A stretch of DNA of 64,000 bases from Neoconidiobolus thromboides FSU 785 (taxonomy: Eukaryota; Fungi; Entomophthoromycota): NCBI GenBank assembly GCA_025603075.1, contig MU626347.1, positions 1-64,000 on the forward strand, written 5' to 3'. Shown one piece after another: positions 35,480-51,374 of this stretch. The notes below the pieces were generated by a model that saw only the letters and a list, made by a program, of their open reading frames with translations, ran no database searches and had not been told where the DNA came from. The position numbers and the translations under genes were made by a program. Each line of letters begins with the position of its first letter. Within the stretch, counting starts at the first letter, position 1.

Positions 35480-36595
35480 TTAAAAAGAACAAGCACCATC
35501 CAGTCAAGAATCTATGCTAAAAGCAACAGCTTTTCAAAAACAAGAATATTCTGAGTGTTCTAGTCTTGCTTTTAGAACATTTGAAAAAAAAACGTGACTT
35601 TTGTTCTAGTTTCATGGGTATTTAAAAGCTATTAAGATGGTTTATCTTGTAGTTATGATAGTTATTTTAAGATTTTTTTTCATCTTTAGATTAGTAATAC
35701 GATTTGACTAAAGCAGATTATACCGTGGTGGTTTAGTCTTGGTAAACCTATTTATATTAAAGGCGGACATTAAAATCTTTGAGTTCAAAAAATTGCCAAG
35801 AGCTTCAATTTCATGCAATGTTGAGATTTAAAGTTAAAGTCAAAGTAATAGTTTAATAACTTAATTAGGCTTTAATAATGTTAAACTTATTCTAGTTTAA
35901 TAAGAAAATGAAAGTCTTTAATCATATTAAATGAACTTTTTTTGAGTTATCACTCATAAATTCATTATCCTAATAGTGCTTTGACATTAGAATATTTCTT
36001 TTAGAATTTAAAGACCTGTTAGGCTTTTGTGATTTTATTGGTTTAAAGAAAAATTCGGAGTTAAAAGCTTATATAGAGCAAGGGGAATTAAAGAGTTATA
36101 AGCCCTTAAAAGTATTGAGGAAGCATTAGAATATTTGATATTTTTAAAAAGTTACTTTTGAGATGTGATTTGTGTTCAAAATTGAACTCAATTATCTACT
36201 AAATAGGGCAATTAATTTGGAATCGCAAATACATCTATAATGTAAAGTTTATGGACTGTTCTTAAAAAAACTATCAATATAAGTGTACCATAAAATTGGG
36301 ATGCAAAATTAAAGTAATCGAAATAAATTACATCTATATATAGAAACCTATAGTTTTAACAAAGTACATAACCATAAAAAAGCAGCTATATATAAGACTT
36401 TTTCTTTTGTAACAAATCTAATACAAGACATGAACGAAAAATAATGTGGAGAAAATGGAATTTAACTACTTCATACCTAATTCAACCAATAAGGGTTTTA
36501 TAATAGCTAAAACAAGTTTAAGTTACATGAAAATAGACTTATATACCAGCATATTAGGTGGCCTAGCTCTAAAGCTTAAAAGTTAATTAAAATAA

Positions 36596-36690
36596 TGGGG
36601 ATCCAATTTTCGGATAAGAATTTTACAAGCAAATAGTTAATTTTCAGATTGCATAAAATAGCCAAAAAAATAAAACAAAAAATATTCATA
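36596..36690 (+). mobile_element. Degenerate copy of the 100-bp MITE-like element
   Basis: TGGGGATCC..ATAAGAATTTTACAAGCAAAT resembles the 5' half; the 3' half is poorly conserved. Confidence 0.45.
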
Positions 36691-36962
36691 ATAGTGCTCT
36701 TTCTTTTAAAAAGGATTTTAATTAATAATCTTTGATATGAATTGTGAGAATTATATATTTTTATTGAAATCCTTTATCTAATAAGCTTAAAACATTAAAA
36801 TAATCAAAAAATATTCTGATTTTAAATATTTGCAAACATGCTTAGTCAAATTTTGAAAAAATAGTTCAGTTTTAATCATTATAAAAATGAAAAAAAATTC
36901 ATTTTTAAAACTTGGCAATTTAAAGATTCGGATTCGACAAAACGTAGGACAAAAATAAAGCC

Positions 36963-38264
36963 ATGGTTGATAAAAAGGAGACAAATAGTAGTCCTATATT
37001 ACTAGATAAAAAGCTAGATGATGATACCATTATTAGTAAAAAAGGATTAAAAGAAGAAGAAGGTAGTAGTGAAGAGGAAGGTGAAATAAAGGAAGATGGG
37101 GAAATCGAAGATGGAGCTGAAGAAGAGGAGGGGATTGCAGTGGAAAAAGAAAAAGAAAAAGAAAAAGTTGAAATACCTAAAGAGAAAGCGAATAAATTGA
37201 AAGAAAAAGAAAAGGAAATTTCAAAAGGAAATAATAAGGCTAAAGTGGAAGAAGATAAAATTAAAGTGGAGGAAGTCGAAGAAATGACAAAAGATATTAA
37301 AGAAATTGAAAATGAGGTGGAGGATAAAGATTATTTACCTAATATCAATGATTATCCAGAATATAAACTTGAAATGGGTAACAGTAATAGAGGCACAATT
37401 AAAAATGTAAAATGAGCTATATTATTAAATTAAAATATTAAATTTGTATCGTAGACACTTACCCTTAGAGAGAGAATATTGCTTAAAATAAAAGGCGAGC
37501 TACTTGAAGTTGAAGGTAAGAATAATATTACTAATTTAAAAGAATTATATATATAATATTTATGGATAGCTAAACCCAAGTTGATACAGAAAGAAACATT
37601 TATATCGGAATATCAAGATTTAAAGGAAAATTTGAAACCTAAGGAAGTAGTTAAAGAAGATAAAGATAAAGATAAAACTAAAATCAAATTAAAAAATGAT
37701 TTAAAAAGAGAAAATGGATATCAAGGAAGAGAGAATAATCTCAATAACAATAAAAATAAGCAATTTAAAAACAATCAAAATCAAGGTATTAAACCAAGAA
37801 ACTTGCATAATAATTATAAGGTAATTGAAAGTATCATTGCTTTATTTTAATGAAAATATTAATATTTAATTTAATTTAATTTAATTTAATTAGGATAAAA
37901 ACCGAAGTAACAATAACATCAAACCATCGAATCATAACAAATTGAATAATTCTAAAGTAATTTGTAACTAAAACAGTAACCAAAACAAAGACATTAATCA
38001 AATTTGATCTTTATTTAGAAACCCAACTTTAAAGAAAATTTAAATATAGTAGTTAAGCCCAAAAGATATACATCATTAGATAATGACTGTGCTACAGAAA
38101 CAAGATTGCTTGATGCGCGACATAATGCTCCAATTGTTTATGATATTGATGATCCAGATCCAACCCCAGAAACTAGTAATCCAAATAAAAAAAGTTCAAA
38201 AAAGAAAGCCAAAAAAGCAAAACTAAAGGAGAATAATAATAATCTACCGGCTAAAAAAGATTAA
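36963..38264 (+). CDS. Uncharacterised K/E/N-rich protein, about 5 exons
   Basis: Purine-rich coding-like blocks separated by GT-AG introns; last exon reads KPNFKENLNIVVKPKRY..DARHNAPIVYDIDDPD..PAKKD*. Confidence 0.65.
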
Positions 38265-39540
38265 TGGCTGACTGCTAGTGTAGAAGTGGTGTGTGGATGT
38301 TGTTTATAATTAAAAGAGTTATTTTTTTGTGAAAATATTGCTTTCATTTTATACCTAATGTCATTTATTATGTTATTGTTATTAAGTCAAATTAATTTAT
38401 AAAAAATTGATCATTTATGATTTGCTATAAGAAGTGCATTAGCCTATCAAACAGCATCAATTACAAATATGAAAACGACATTCATAGTTCTAATAAAACT
38501 GTTTTTTGTAGCTTAATAATTAATTTTTATTAAAGTAAATTATATTTTAATATGTTAGGTACAAGTTATAAAAAATTACTGATAATGGCTTAAAGAAAAA
38601 GATAAAGCAGATGTATATATAATTCAAATTGAGAGTAAATAATAATAATTGAGTTTAGCCCTTAATCAATATTACCCTAACCCAAGAGAAGTTTTTAAAA
38701 TTTCAATTTTCAATTTTCCTCTAGAGCCTTTAATAATCAAAGTAAGCTTTTTATTTTGTTTTCATTAAGTATTATTATATAGTAGAATTTATCAAAATTA
38801 TTGACTAATTTTAAAATATTAAAGATAAATGGATAATGTTTTTAAATTGTAAATTTTTTATTATCCAACTTATTTTTAAATGTTCTAAAATCTTTGTTTT
38901 TATGTTCTATTGTATATTGTTGACATTAACCGATAAAAAAAATAATTTGTTTTATATGAGTTTAAAATGATATATAAAATAGGAATGTAAAATTAGTTAA
39001 TAATTTGGATGATTCTTTATATTTAATTCAGATCCTCTCAACCATTAAAAAAAATTTCAATTTGTAAGGGTGAATTCATTATTATTATTAACTTAGATGT
39101 ATATGTATATTATAAAAAGAAAAAAAAGAATACAATTATATAATATAGAAAAACAAAATTGAATTAAATATTGATATATTTTTATTTGGTTTTTATACCT
39201 ATCAATTAAGCAATTAGCTATCATTTAATTGTATAATTTTTGTTGAATATTAGTTTCTCTTTTCTCTTTTCTGTTGTAAGACTTTATCTATTATTTCTTT
39301 TGTTGAGCCATATCTTTACTCAGAGGAATTATAAGATAGTACCTTGACGTTGGTCTCTGAGCTCTTAAATTTCATAGAGAAATTTGAGTCTAAAACTATC
39401 ATTTATATTATAATTATAAATAAAAAATGAAATATAATAACTATTTTTAATATCAACTTTATTATTAATAAAATGTGGACTTTAAAAAAACTTTTATATT
39501 TTAATTCGTATTATTATAACTTCTATTAATATAACTTGTA

Positions 39541-42095
39541 TTATTCTTTTTTCCTTTTTTTACAATTATTTTTAGCTAAATCTAAAATCCAATGAATATC
39601 AATTTCAGAAACTTGCTTTAAGTAATGATTCTTAGTTAATAATAATTCATTATACATTATCGATTTAGCCTTTTCTCTACCAATCATTACTGATGTAGGA
39701 TGGATTTTAATTATCTAATTGAATGTTAATATAATAATAAATATATAATAATATATAATAATATTATTACTTGATTTGAACCAAAGATAGTATACTTATT
39801 TTCCTTATTTAAAATAGCAATGTTATCATAAAATCCAGTTAATAGACATTTTAATATAATTTGAGAATCACTGGTACTTATAGTTGGATCAATTTCATTT
39901 AATTTACATATTTCTGTCAATTGATCTTTAATTTTCTGTCATAATAAAAATAAATTAATAATAATATATTATAAATAATAATATGCTTTAAATTTAGACT
40001 TACTAATGCTTCATTGAGAGATTTATAATTTAAATAATGATCATTACAAAATTCAATCTTATTATGTTGAGTTATAAATTGTTTAAATATATTTAATAAA
40101 GTTAAATGATCACCTATAGTAATTAATATATAATTAATATATAATTAATATATAATATATGATAAATAATATATTGTAATTAAATTAAATTAAATTAACT
40201 TACTATAATAATTAATAAACTTCTTTCTAGTTTCAGCGGCTTCTTCTTTTTTGTCATTAGTAGGATTAAAATAAATATTTTCAGTTGACATAATCGAAAT
40301 AATCATCAATATTTCTTTTGTACATTTAAAATTTTTAGATTCAATTAATACTTTACTAAATCTAGGCAATAAAGGAAATTTAGCCATTAGTTCGCCTGTT
40401 TCATTTAATTGACAATTTTCATTAATAGCTCCTAATATACTTAAATTACTCAATGTTTTTATCATTGATAATTTATTAGGTGGGTCAATAAAATTAAAAC
40501 TAATGACATTTTTAATACCAGTTGCCATTAAATTTAATATTGAGGAATCTAAACTACATCTTTCTATTTCAGGTGTATCCATAGATAATAAATTATTATA
40601 TAATTCTTTAGTATATAATCGAATACAGCAACCTGGCCCTTCTCTACCTGCTCTACCTGCTCTTTGTATTGCTCCTGATTTAGATATAGCTCCTAATTGT
40701 AAAGCTTCTATCCCTGTATTTGAATTAAAAGAACGAAATTTGGCTAAACCTGTGTCAATCACATAATAAATTCCTGAGATTGTTAAAGAAGTTTCAGCTA
40801 TATTAGTAGCTAATATACATTTACGTAAATTTTGATCTTGTATTGGCTGTAATGCTAATTTTTGTTGTTCTTGTGGTAAACTAGAATATAATTGGTATAT
40901 TTTAAGCTAAACAAGATAAACAATTAATAAAGTTATATATAATTTAACTAAATGATATTACTTTTTTTGCTTCTTCATTGTTACTTTCTTCAATTAATTT
41001 ATCTAGAATTAATTGACAAGTTTCAATTTCTTCTTGTCCTGGCAAAAATACTAGAATATCTTTAGTATTACGTTTATCATCATTATTAGCAACTTGTTTT
41101 AATGGATTAGTAAAGTGAAGTTGCATAACAGTTTGTGCAGCTGATTCAATATAACTTTCTTGTGGATTACAAACATTTAATATTTCTACTTTATTTCCAC
41201 GACCTGGAATTCGAATTATTGGCGCACTATAAAATTAATTCAATATTTTATAAAACTTCCTATGTAAAAAAAGAATATTTACTTATCATAAAATTGAGAA
41301 AATTTTTTGGAATCTAAAGTAGCTGACATAATAATTAAATGAAACTCTTGTTTCAATATATTTCTTCTATAATTAACAATTTGTTTCAATTTGCCCATCA
41401 AAAAATCATTACGAATAGTTCTTTCATGAGCTTCGTCCAATATGATAATTTTATATTGTAATAAATATTCATCATTTTGCACTTCTCTTAATAACATACC
41501 ATCCGTTACATATTTTATAATTGTATTGAAATTCGTTTTATCATCAAATCGAACTGAATAACCTACTTTTCCGCCAAGTTTACAACCAACTTCTTGGCTT
41601 ACTCGTTCAGCTAATGTAGTACATGCTACCCTTCTAGGTTGTGATATACCTACTTTATGATCTTTATCGACTATTGATTCTTCATATAAATATTGCGGTA
41701 TTTGTGTTGATTTTCCAGAACCGGTTTCAGAAACTAAAACAGTTACTGCATTTTCTTGAACAAGTCTTAAAAGTTGTTCACGAGCTAAGAAATATATTAA
41801 TATTCTAAATGAATATAAAATATAAAAACTTACATTTATAAATTGGTAAATTCTGTCTTTCTGATTGAAACTTTGGTAATATTTTATTTTTATGATATCC
41901 ATTGATATGATTATGTTTATGTTTACTATTATTATCAGTAAATTTGATTGAGTTGGACTGTTTATTATTATTAAAATAAGTAGTAATCTTTGGTTGTTCT
42001 TGTTGACTATTATTGCTATTATTATTTAACTGTTTCTTTTTTAATTTTCTTTTTTTATTTTTACTTAATATTGATTTGACTTGATTATTATACAT
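39541..42095 (-). CDS. DHR2: DEAH-box RNA helicase, DHR2/DHX33-like, multi-exon
   Basis: SETGSGKSTQIPQY, ISQPRRVA, DEAHER, MSAT, VFLPGQEEI, QRAGRAGREGPG; basic N-terminal extension; DHR2 versus other DEAH members is less certain than the family call. Confidence 0.8.
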
Positions 42096-44714
42096 AGGTT
42101 GATTTGAATTATATGTACTCCTTTTTGCTGAAATTAATCTAAATTTTAATAGAAACAGATTTTAACTAAATTTTAATTTAAAAAATTAGTTTGGAGGTTT
42201 ATTGGTTATTATTAAAATTAAAATTAATACGAATTTCACAATAAAGTAGAAGAATTTTTCTCAGGTATTCTTTGAAATCTCAATATCCCATAAAGATTCA
42301 AAATCCTTATTAAAAGGAGTAAAATTGGTATTTATTAAAGTTCTTTTTATTAATGTATTTAATTTTCAGTTCTTTACTTTAAACAGAATATACGCTTAAA
42401 TAAAAAATAATAAGGGATAAAAATAAAAGTCATCTAGAACTATTAAAAATTATAAATTTTTATCAAAAAAAATAATTGCTATATAATTAAAAACTAATTC
42501 TTTATCAAAAAGGAAAGGGATATTATTTTTGATTATCCAATCAATGTTTGAATTAAAAATAACTTAAGTTTTAATAATCTGATCAATATGTACTAAGTTA
42601 TTTGAAATTTTAAAATACAAAATTATAACTTTTATAATTATAAGTTTTTTAAATTTACTATATCTACTGACTATTTCTTAGCTTTTATATTAGTTAACAT
42701 ATTTATAATAAAGTACCTTTAATTAAAATTCAGACTGAAAATTATAATATAAAGTTTATAAACTAATCAACTTTACTTTGTTGCTAATAAAAAGAATAGC
42801 ATCATTCATATTATATATGCTTAAAATAGTTCTCTTTTATTAGATTATTAAATGATAAAATAAAACCAATTTATACTATAACGAAATTAAAAGCAATAAA
42901 AACAATATCAATACAACTATTATGATTTATAATATAGATATTAAAAGTTAATTGAGAAAAATAAAAATTATTAATTTTATGCAAACTTGCACTAAACAAT
43001 ATCATATAATAGAATAAATTAACTTATTTCCCATTTGTTGTGAGTTTTTGAGTTGAAATAGATATAAATAATTTATCAAAATCTTTGGTTTATATAATAC
43101 TTTATAGACACTGTTAGCTATTTTATTTTACTTTATACCTTTATTCAATGATCTGGTTGTTTTTACCTGATAGTTGTAAATGAAATGATACCATAATTTA
43201 ACAAAATTACATAACTATATTTTGTAACTTGTTGTCCTCAACATAGTTAATTTTGGAGTCAAACTTTTTACATTCAGATCCTTATTAGACTCCCAGTTTA
43301 TTGATAAATTCGATCATGCTACCACTTGCATTGCCTTAAAATAAGATACCCTTTGACTAGTTTGAGGAGACTATATTGTAATAGTTAAATGAATTATCTT
43401 AAAGCCATCATAAAGCTTTTTACTTTTATAGTTTTTATATAATGAAGACAAATAAGTAAAATAGTACTATCAGATAAGCTTTTGCAAAGTGAAAACTAGA
43501 AAATAAGTTAAGAAACGCTAATTTTAAAAAGGCGCTAAATCTCATATAGAATCTAAAAACGTCTTATAGCTATTTGTTTTTAAAAGATATGTGTAATCCA
43601 TTACAATATATATTATTTATTTATACCACCTTGATTATACAATAAATAAAATGAACTCCTTTTAAAACAACAACTTTACCTTCTCTTTTGTAACCTAAAC
43701 CAATGTTGTAATTATAGTTAAAGTATAGTGATTATCAAATTAAAGATTCTATTTTTATTTTTATTTTTACCTAATATTATGAATATTAAAATTAGATCGT
43801 CCACAATCATAAATACTTAATATTGTCGGATTCAACCCCTTTATACAGCTCACCAATACTTTAATTTTTAAGTATTCTTTAACGGCACCAGAGGAGATTA
43901 ATGAATAACAAAAAGATAATAATAAAATTATAGATAGCTTTGAATTACTCATCTACTTTTAAGTAAAGGTTTACTTTGGCTTTGAAGTAGATGTCTCACT
44001 ACTTACAATGGATATACCATCATCAAAGTCATTTAATCGACCCCTACCTCAATCAATCTATTTTTTATATGTTCGTGTTTAAATCTTTGTTTTTGAAAAA
44101 TTCGATTAACTAACAAATGCTCCTAAAAATCTTATCTTTCCTATAGTAACAACTTCCTTAATACTAACTAAATATTTTTTACCTGGTTTATTGAATCTTT
44201 TAGCTTAATTGTTTTATCTCCCTTACCAATTACCACACTTTATCTTTTAATACTCTATGTTATACCATCCACTCTTCTTCCCCATCTTTTTTAAAATTTA
44301 TACTTGTAAATCTCAAGCGTATAATAGCTTATTTCTATGTTCCAAATTAAATAGCATCGTCACTGAAATTATATATATTTGATCTTAATGATCGTTTAGA
44401 AATAAACTAGACTAATCTAAGCCAATAAAATAACTATAAGGAGTAGATGAGCTTCTTGTACCTTAGCTTTAATGTTATTAGTTGCTAGCTTTATATTACA
44501 GATAAGTTAATGTTAAAGGAGATTGATATTTCTACTATCTATAAACAAAATGTATTAATTGATCAAATTATCTTATTGAATTATTAATGTATAATCTATA
44601 TTTAAAGAACGGTAGCTATACCTAAAATTAAACTTAATAATAATTGTTAAAAAATATTTATACATTTATTTAGCAAGCTTGATTATATTCATAAAATCTT
44701 AAATAAATCTTTAA

Positions 44715-45130
44715 TTAAATTTCAAGGTTACGTTCATGGCTTGCAGTTCCAGGGCCAATTAGTTCTCCTTCTTCAAGGATACGACGAACAGCATCATCTT
44801 CATTATTTCTTTCCAACACATTACTATTACTTTGATTAAAACCTGTTGTCAAATAAAGCAGATAACTATATTACCTTATTGTTTGTTTGGAAGCAGTGGA
44901 AGCAAGGCCAGTATGGCTACCGGTATCTGTATCAAAAATTTGGAAAGCTAATAAAAGAGATTAATAAAAGATAACATTTTACACAAAAGAAACTTACAAT
45001 CAACAACCTCAACCAATGGGATAGATTTGTCTGACTTCCATTTCTTATAGATTTGAGGATCAGCAATAAATACGAATAAATCTTTATCGTGTTCAGATTT
45101 AAATACAACTTTATGAGCGCTATTGGACAT
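44715..45130 (-). CDS. RTC3: RTC3/YHR087W-like small SBDS N-terminal-domain protein, 3 exons
   Basis: KVVFK..DLFVFI..YKKWKSDKSIPLVEVVD|..ASKQTI|SNVLERNNEDDAVRRILEEG. Confidence 0.8.
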
Positions 45131-45196
45131 TTTATTCTTATTTTTATTTTATAATTTAATTTAGTTGCTTTTCATTCTCTTTTATACCTTTAGATC

Positions 45197-45203
45197 ATGA
45201 CGT
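45197..45203. promoter_or_regulatory. ATF/CRE-type site ATGACGT upstream of the RTC3-like gene
   Basis: ATGACGT about 67 bp upstream of the ATG. Confidence 0.4.
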
Positions 45204-45741
45204 AGTATTTTTTTTTACAATTGGTAAAGAGATGATGTCACAATTTGTTAATAAAAGCATTAACTAACTCCGTGAGTTTTATTTCCTTTTGAAGTCAAGG
45301 CCATATAATTTCAAATTTTTCAATTTTGATTTGATTAATGATAAATTTATCAATTATTTCATAATTATCTCTATTCTAATGATATTATTCGATTTGTCAA
45401 TGTAAACCTAAAAGACATCAATTTACTACGTTTTTTAGAAAATGTTGAATCATTTAAAAAACTATTTAGTACTACATAGTAAAAAGCATAATTTATAAAT
45501 AGATTCTTTTTTAATTTAATAAATGTAATCTACTACCTGGTGTTACTATGATAACCTTTTTATTTATTACTTTAATTTTCAAAATAAATTACTATTTAAG
45601 TTTTAATTACGTTTTAAAAAATAATTATTTATTTATTTTTAATTTAATAAATACTATTGTTTCAATAAAATGATACGGTTTTCAATTTCCTTTAAAAAAT
45701 TAATGAAAATAAAAAATTGAAGTTGTATTAAAAAATCCATA

Positions 45742-45842
45742 TGGGGATGTATTTTTGTATTTAAGAATTTTACTAACAATTTTTCCGTTCAGATAATACT
45801 TAAAAGATGGAAAAAGTAATGAAGCCAAAAAAGACATCCTCA
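45742..45842 (+). mobile_element. ~100-bp MITE-like element, copy 13
   Basis: ATA-TGGGGATGTATTTTTG...AAAGACATCCTCA-TAT. Confidence 0.9.
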
Positions 45843-46030
45843 TATTTTAAATTTGTCATGTTGACTATAATAATTTCACTTTAAAATATCTTACAAAATT
45901 ATTTTGAAATATAATTTTATTTTTATTTTAAACTTACTATTGTATTCTTTTTGTTCTATCTGTTATTTTTTTGAATTTTTTTTTCTAAACTTTCATTTTT
46001 AATTAATTTTAATCGAATTTTGATTTTATA

Positions 46031-47219
46031 ATGAGTAGTGTAATTAAATTTATACCCATATTAGATGATGAAGTTAGTGGAGCAGTATGCTATTTATTAC
46101 AATTAGATGAAATCAATATATTATTAGATTGTGGTGCTGTTACTGAATGGACTGAGGAAATATTTCAAAGGATTGAAAGGTAAACAAAAAACAATGGTAT
46201 AAATCTATTTAGCTTAACTATTTATCTCTTTTAGTTATTGTACTACAATAGATTTATTATTATTAAGCCATTCGGATATGTTACATATGGGAGCATTTAT
46301 CGATGTATATTTACGCTATAAAGAAAATATCAAAATCTATTCCACTATACCAATACAAAATCTGGGCAAAGTATCTATATTGGATTATAAAAATCAAAAG
46401 TTTAGTCAAAAGAGTAATTTAGAACAGATCAATTTTACAAAAGAACAATTCCCTTTCTGGTCTAATAAAATTATATTTGAAGCTACAGAAGCTATCAATA
46501 CTTTAAGATATTCCCAACCTACTAGACTTAGTGGTAATTTACTTTACTTTTTATTTTTATTAAGTTATTTAATATAGAATATTTAAGGTAAATGTAGTGG
46601 AGTTAGTATTACTGCTTATGGAGCAGGTCACTCAATTGGCGGTGCTGTTTGGCAAATAACTAATGCAACGGATGTTATTGTATATGCTCCTGATTTCAAT
46701 CATCGTAAAGAAAGGTAATAAATAATAATAATAATAATAGTAATAATAATAATATATAAAATAGACATTTAAATGGTACTGTTTTATTAACTAATGGCGC
46801 TATTTTGGATTCATTATATCGACCATCTTTATTTATTTCTGGTGCAAATTCAAGTCATCCTATTTTATCTTCTCGTAAAAATATCGAACAACAACTATTA
46901 AGTAAGATTAATTATATATAATATGATACAATATTAATGTAATTTATAATTATTATTATGAATTTAATTAGCTAATATAAGGGATATTTTAAATAAAAAA
47001 GGAACAGTATTAATACCAACGGATAGTTCAAGTAGAGTGTTAGAATTAATTTATTTATTGGAACAATTGTTTATTGAAAACGATTTACATTCACCAATTA
47101 TATTCTTAAATTCATGTGCATCAACTACATTAAAATATGCCATGTCTATTTTAGAATGGATGGGTGGTAATATTGTTGAACAATTTGGTATTACAAGAGA
47201 AAATCCATTTGATTTTAGG

Positions 47220-47262
<43 letters not shown>

Positions 47263-48433
47263 AATAAATATTATATAGAAAAAGTAATACAATTAAAATA
47301 GTACATAAAATAGAAGAAGCAAATACATTTAATGAACCTAAAGTAATATTAGCTTCATTAGATTTTTTCAATGAATTATTTAATCAATTAGCAAATGACC
47401 CAATCAATTCTATTATTATTACAGATCATGCATTACCTAATTCATTAGTTAAAGAATTACATCAACTTATTAAAAATAAAGGTCAACAAATTACTTCCGA
47501 TGTAGTTATTTATCAAAATGTTAATGAGTTTTTAGATATCAAAGTAAGAATTTATAATAATACAACTATATAATTATATAAGTAATAATTTTGATTTCTA
47601 TTAGATAAATAAAAAAGTGTTACTAGAGGGTAGTGAATTAGCAATATTTCGACAATTTAAAGAACAAAGAATACAAAAAGAAGCAGAAGCAGCAGCAATT
47701 TTATCAAGAAATAAACATTTAATGGAAAAAGATGATAGCGATGATGATTCAGATAATGATGATTTAGAACTAGATTTAAAAGAATTATTATCAAGACAAT
47801 ATGATATTTATGTTAAAGAAAATTCAAAATTAATTCAAGGTTATTTCAAAAGTGGTAGTAATCATCGTATGTATCCATACATTGAAAAAAAAAGAAAATT
47901 TGATGATTATGGAGAAGAAATTATTAAAGAAAATTATTTAACTAAATTGGAACAATTAAATTTAAAAAAAGAAAAATATCAAAATAACAGTTTAATTGAA
48001 GAAAGTGAAAATGTTATTGAAGATATTAATAATATTAAATTTATTGTCAATCCTATTAAAATAATAACAACTCAAATTAGGTATAATATTAAATGTCAAT
48101 TAAATTATATTGCTATTGAAGGAAAATCAGATACAAAATCAGTAAGAAATATATTAAAAATTATGAATCCTAGAAAATTAGTAAGTATTATCATCAATTA
48201 TATATTAATTATGTATTGACTACTGTTATGTTATTTTTAGGTTTTAATTAATGGAAATAAGAACACTATTAATGAGTTAAAACAAACATTTATAAAAGAC
48301 AAAATGGATGCTAATGCTCAAGTATTTGCACCACATATTGGAGAATGTTTAATGTTAGGAAGTTCAAATAAAACATTAGATCTAAAATTAAGTGACGAGC
48401 TTATAAGAAGTATTAAATTCTACAAAGTAAGTT

Positions 48434-48468
<35 letters not shown>

Positions 48469-48860
48469 TTGTTTTTTATATAGTATCAAGATTTTGAAGT
48501 TGGAAAAATCCAAGGGATTATTCAAGTATTAAAGAATGAAACTTCATCAAATTTATTATTAAATAAGAATGAAGATGCAATTAGTACAAAACCTATAATG
48601 ATTGGAGATATTAAATTTACTGAATTAAGAACTGTATTTCATTCCAATGGCTTTATTACCGAATTTTTAAATGATGGCTCATTAAAAGTCAATCAAAATT
48701 TAATTATTAAAAAGGTAATATAGAATGACAATAATATATTTATATTTATATTTATATTTTATATTAGGATTCCAATGGTAATATTCGTTTAGATGGTAAA
48801 CTTTGTAAAGATTATTATTTAGTACGTTCTATTCTTTATAATGCTTTAGCTGTACTTTAA
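46031..48860 (+). CDS. CFT2: Cleavage and polyadenylation specificity factor subunit 2 (CPSF100/Cft2), many short introns
   Basis: [93 protein letters not shown]. Confidence 0.92.
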
Positions 48861-48996
48861 TAAAATTTAATAAAATTGTTCTTACTAAATTTAGTAAATA
48901 ATAACATTATTCATTAATTAATTCAAAGACATTGTTTAATATAAATAATTAGAATAATGACTTATTTTTAATTGTTTTATTTTTATTTTATTTGAT

Positions 48997-49966
48997 ATGA
49001 AATATACAACCTTGTTATTTATTTTATCTACTTTAATTAATAACATATACGCTATAAATATTAATTTTCATTTTGGTAAATTTTATTTTAATATTAGTTC
49101 AATATAAATAATATCATTAATAAGGCATACGAAACAATCCCATTTCTTGGATAGAAATAGTAATTGGTATTTGCTTTATTGTATTTGGTATATTATTGTT
49201 ACTGTTCTCTTTTAAATTATTGAGATTTATCTATGGGTTTAGTGGTTCTTTATTAGGAGGTAAATAAGTTTTATTTTTCATAGCAATAATATATATGTTA
49301 ATAAAATATTTAGTATTATTAGTATGGTCCATAGCTAACGCATGTCAATCTTATTCTAAATGGACAAAAACATCAACTTACGTTATTATTTCGTTTTTAA
49401 TCTTATTTTCAATTCTATTCATAATATTAGCAACAAAATTTATTCGAGTTGGCGCTTCCTTCTTAAGTTTTAACTTAGGTTTATTTATAAGTATGATAAT
49501 CTTCCAATATATCAAAATAACATCTATTATACGAGTATGCAGTACAATTGGAATAGGACTATTGTTTTCAATAATACAATTTATATTTTATAATAGATTA
49601 CCAAAGTTGCCAATTTTTACTAGTAGCTTTTTAGGTAGCTTATTTATATCTAGTGGTTTAGATTGTATTGCAAGACAAAAGTTTTCAACTTATTTAAATT
49701 ATTTAAAAGATATTACTTACAATTCAAATAATAATGAGATTATTAAACCTACTTTTGAAACTAGTTTGTTATTTATACTCATCCCCTCGATTGCTATTGC
49801 CGGTTATTATATTCAATTTAAGTACATAAATACTCAACAAGAACCTTTAACTATGGTTCCTAATCCTTATATAACATCGAATCCTCAAGAAGAAGAAGAC
49901 CCTTTAATACAGTCCAATTTAAGTAATCGAACAGAATTAAATCAAACTCAAATAACTCAAGCTTAA
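48997..49966 (+). CDS. DUF4203/TM7S3-TMEM198-like multipass membrane protein
   Basis: Signal-like start, GILLLLFSFKLLRFIYGFSGSLLG, several TM segments, TSSFLGSLFISSGLD. Confidence 0.7.
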
Positions 49967-50022
49967 TAATAAAATGAATAAATTATTAATAGATTATATC
50001 TTATTTGTTTATTTAAATATAT

Positions 50023-51374
<1,352 letters not shown>

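Noticed and set aside
35700-35850. RLYRGGLVLVNL reading resembling the GGLGL motif of non-LTR retrotransposon RT
   Set aside because: A single short motif in a stop-interrupted frame; needs a tBLASTn hit to support it.
39305-39364. GC-richer island with CTCAGAG/CTCTGAG inverted repeat and CTGA motifs (snoRNA-like)
   Set aside because: No proper C box and no rRNA-complementary guide that I can recognise; the stem is only 7 bp.
43261-44500. Patches of coding-like sequence (such as ILSIYDCGRS) suggesting a decayed transposase or gene
   Set aside because: No continuous frame, no convincing DDE motif and no terminal repeats.
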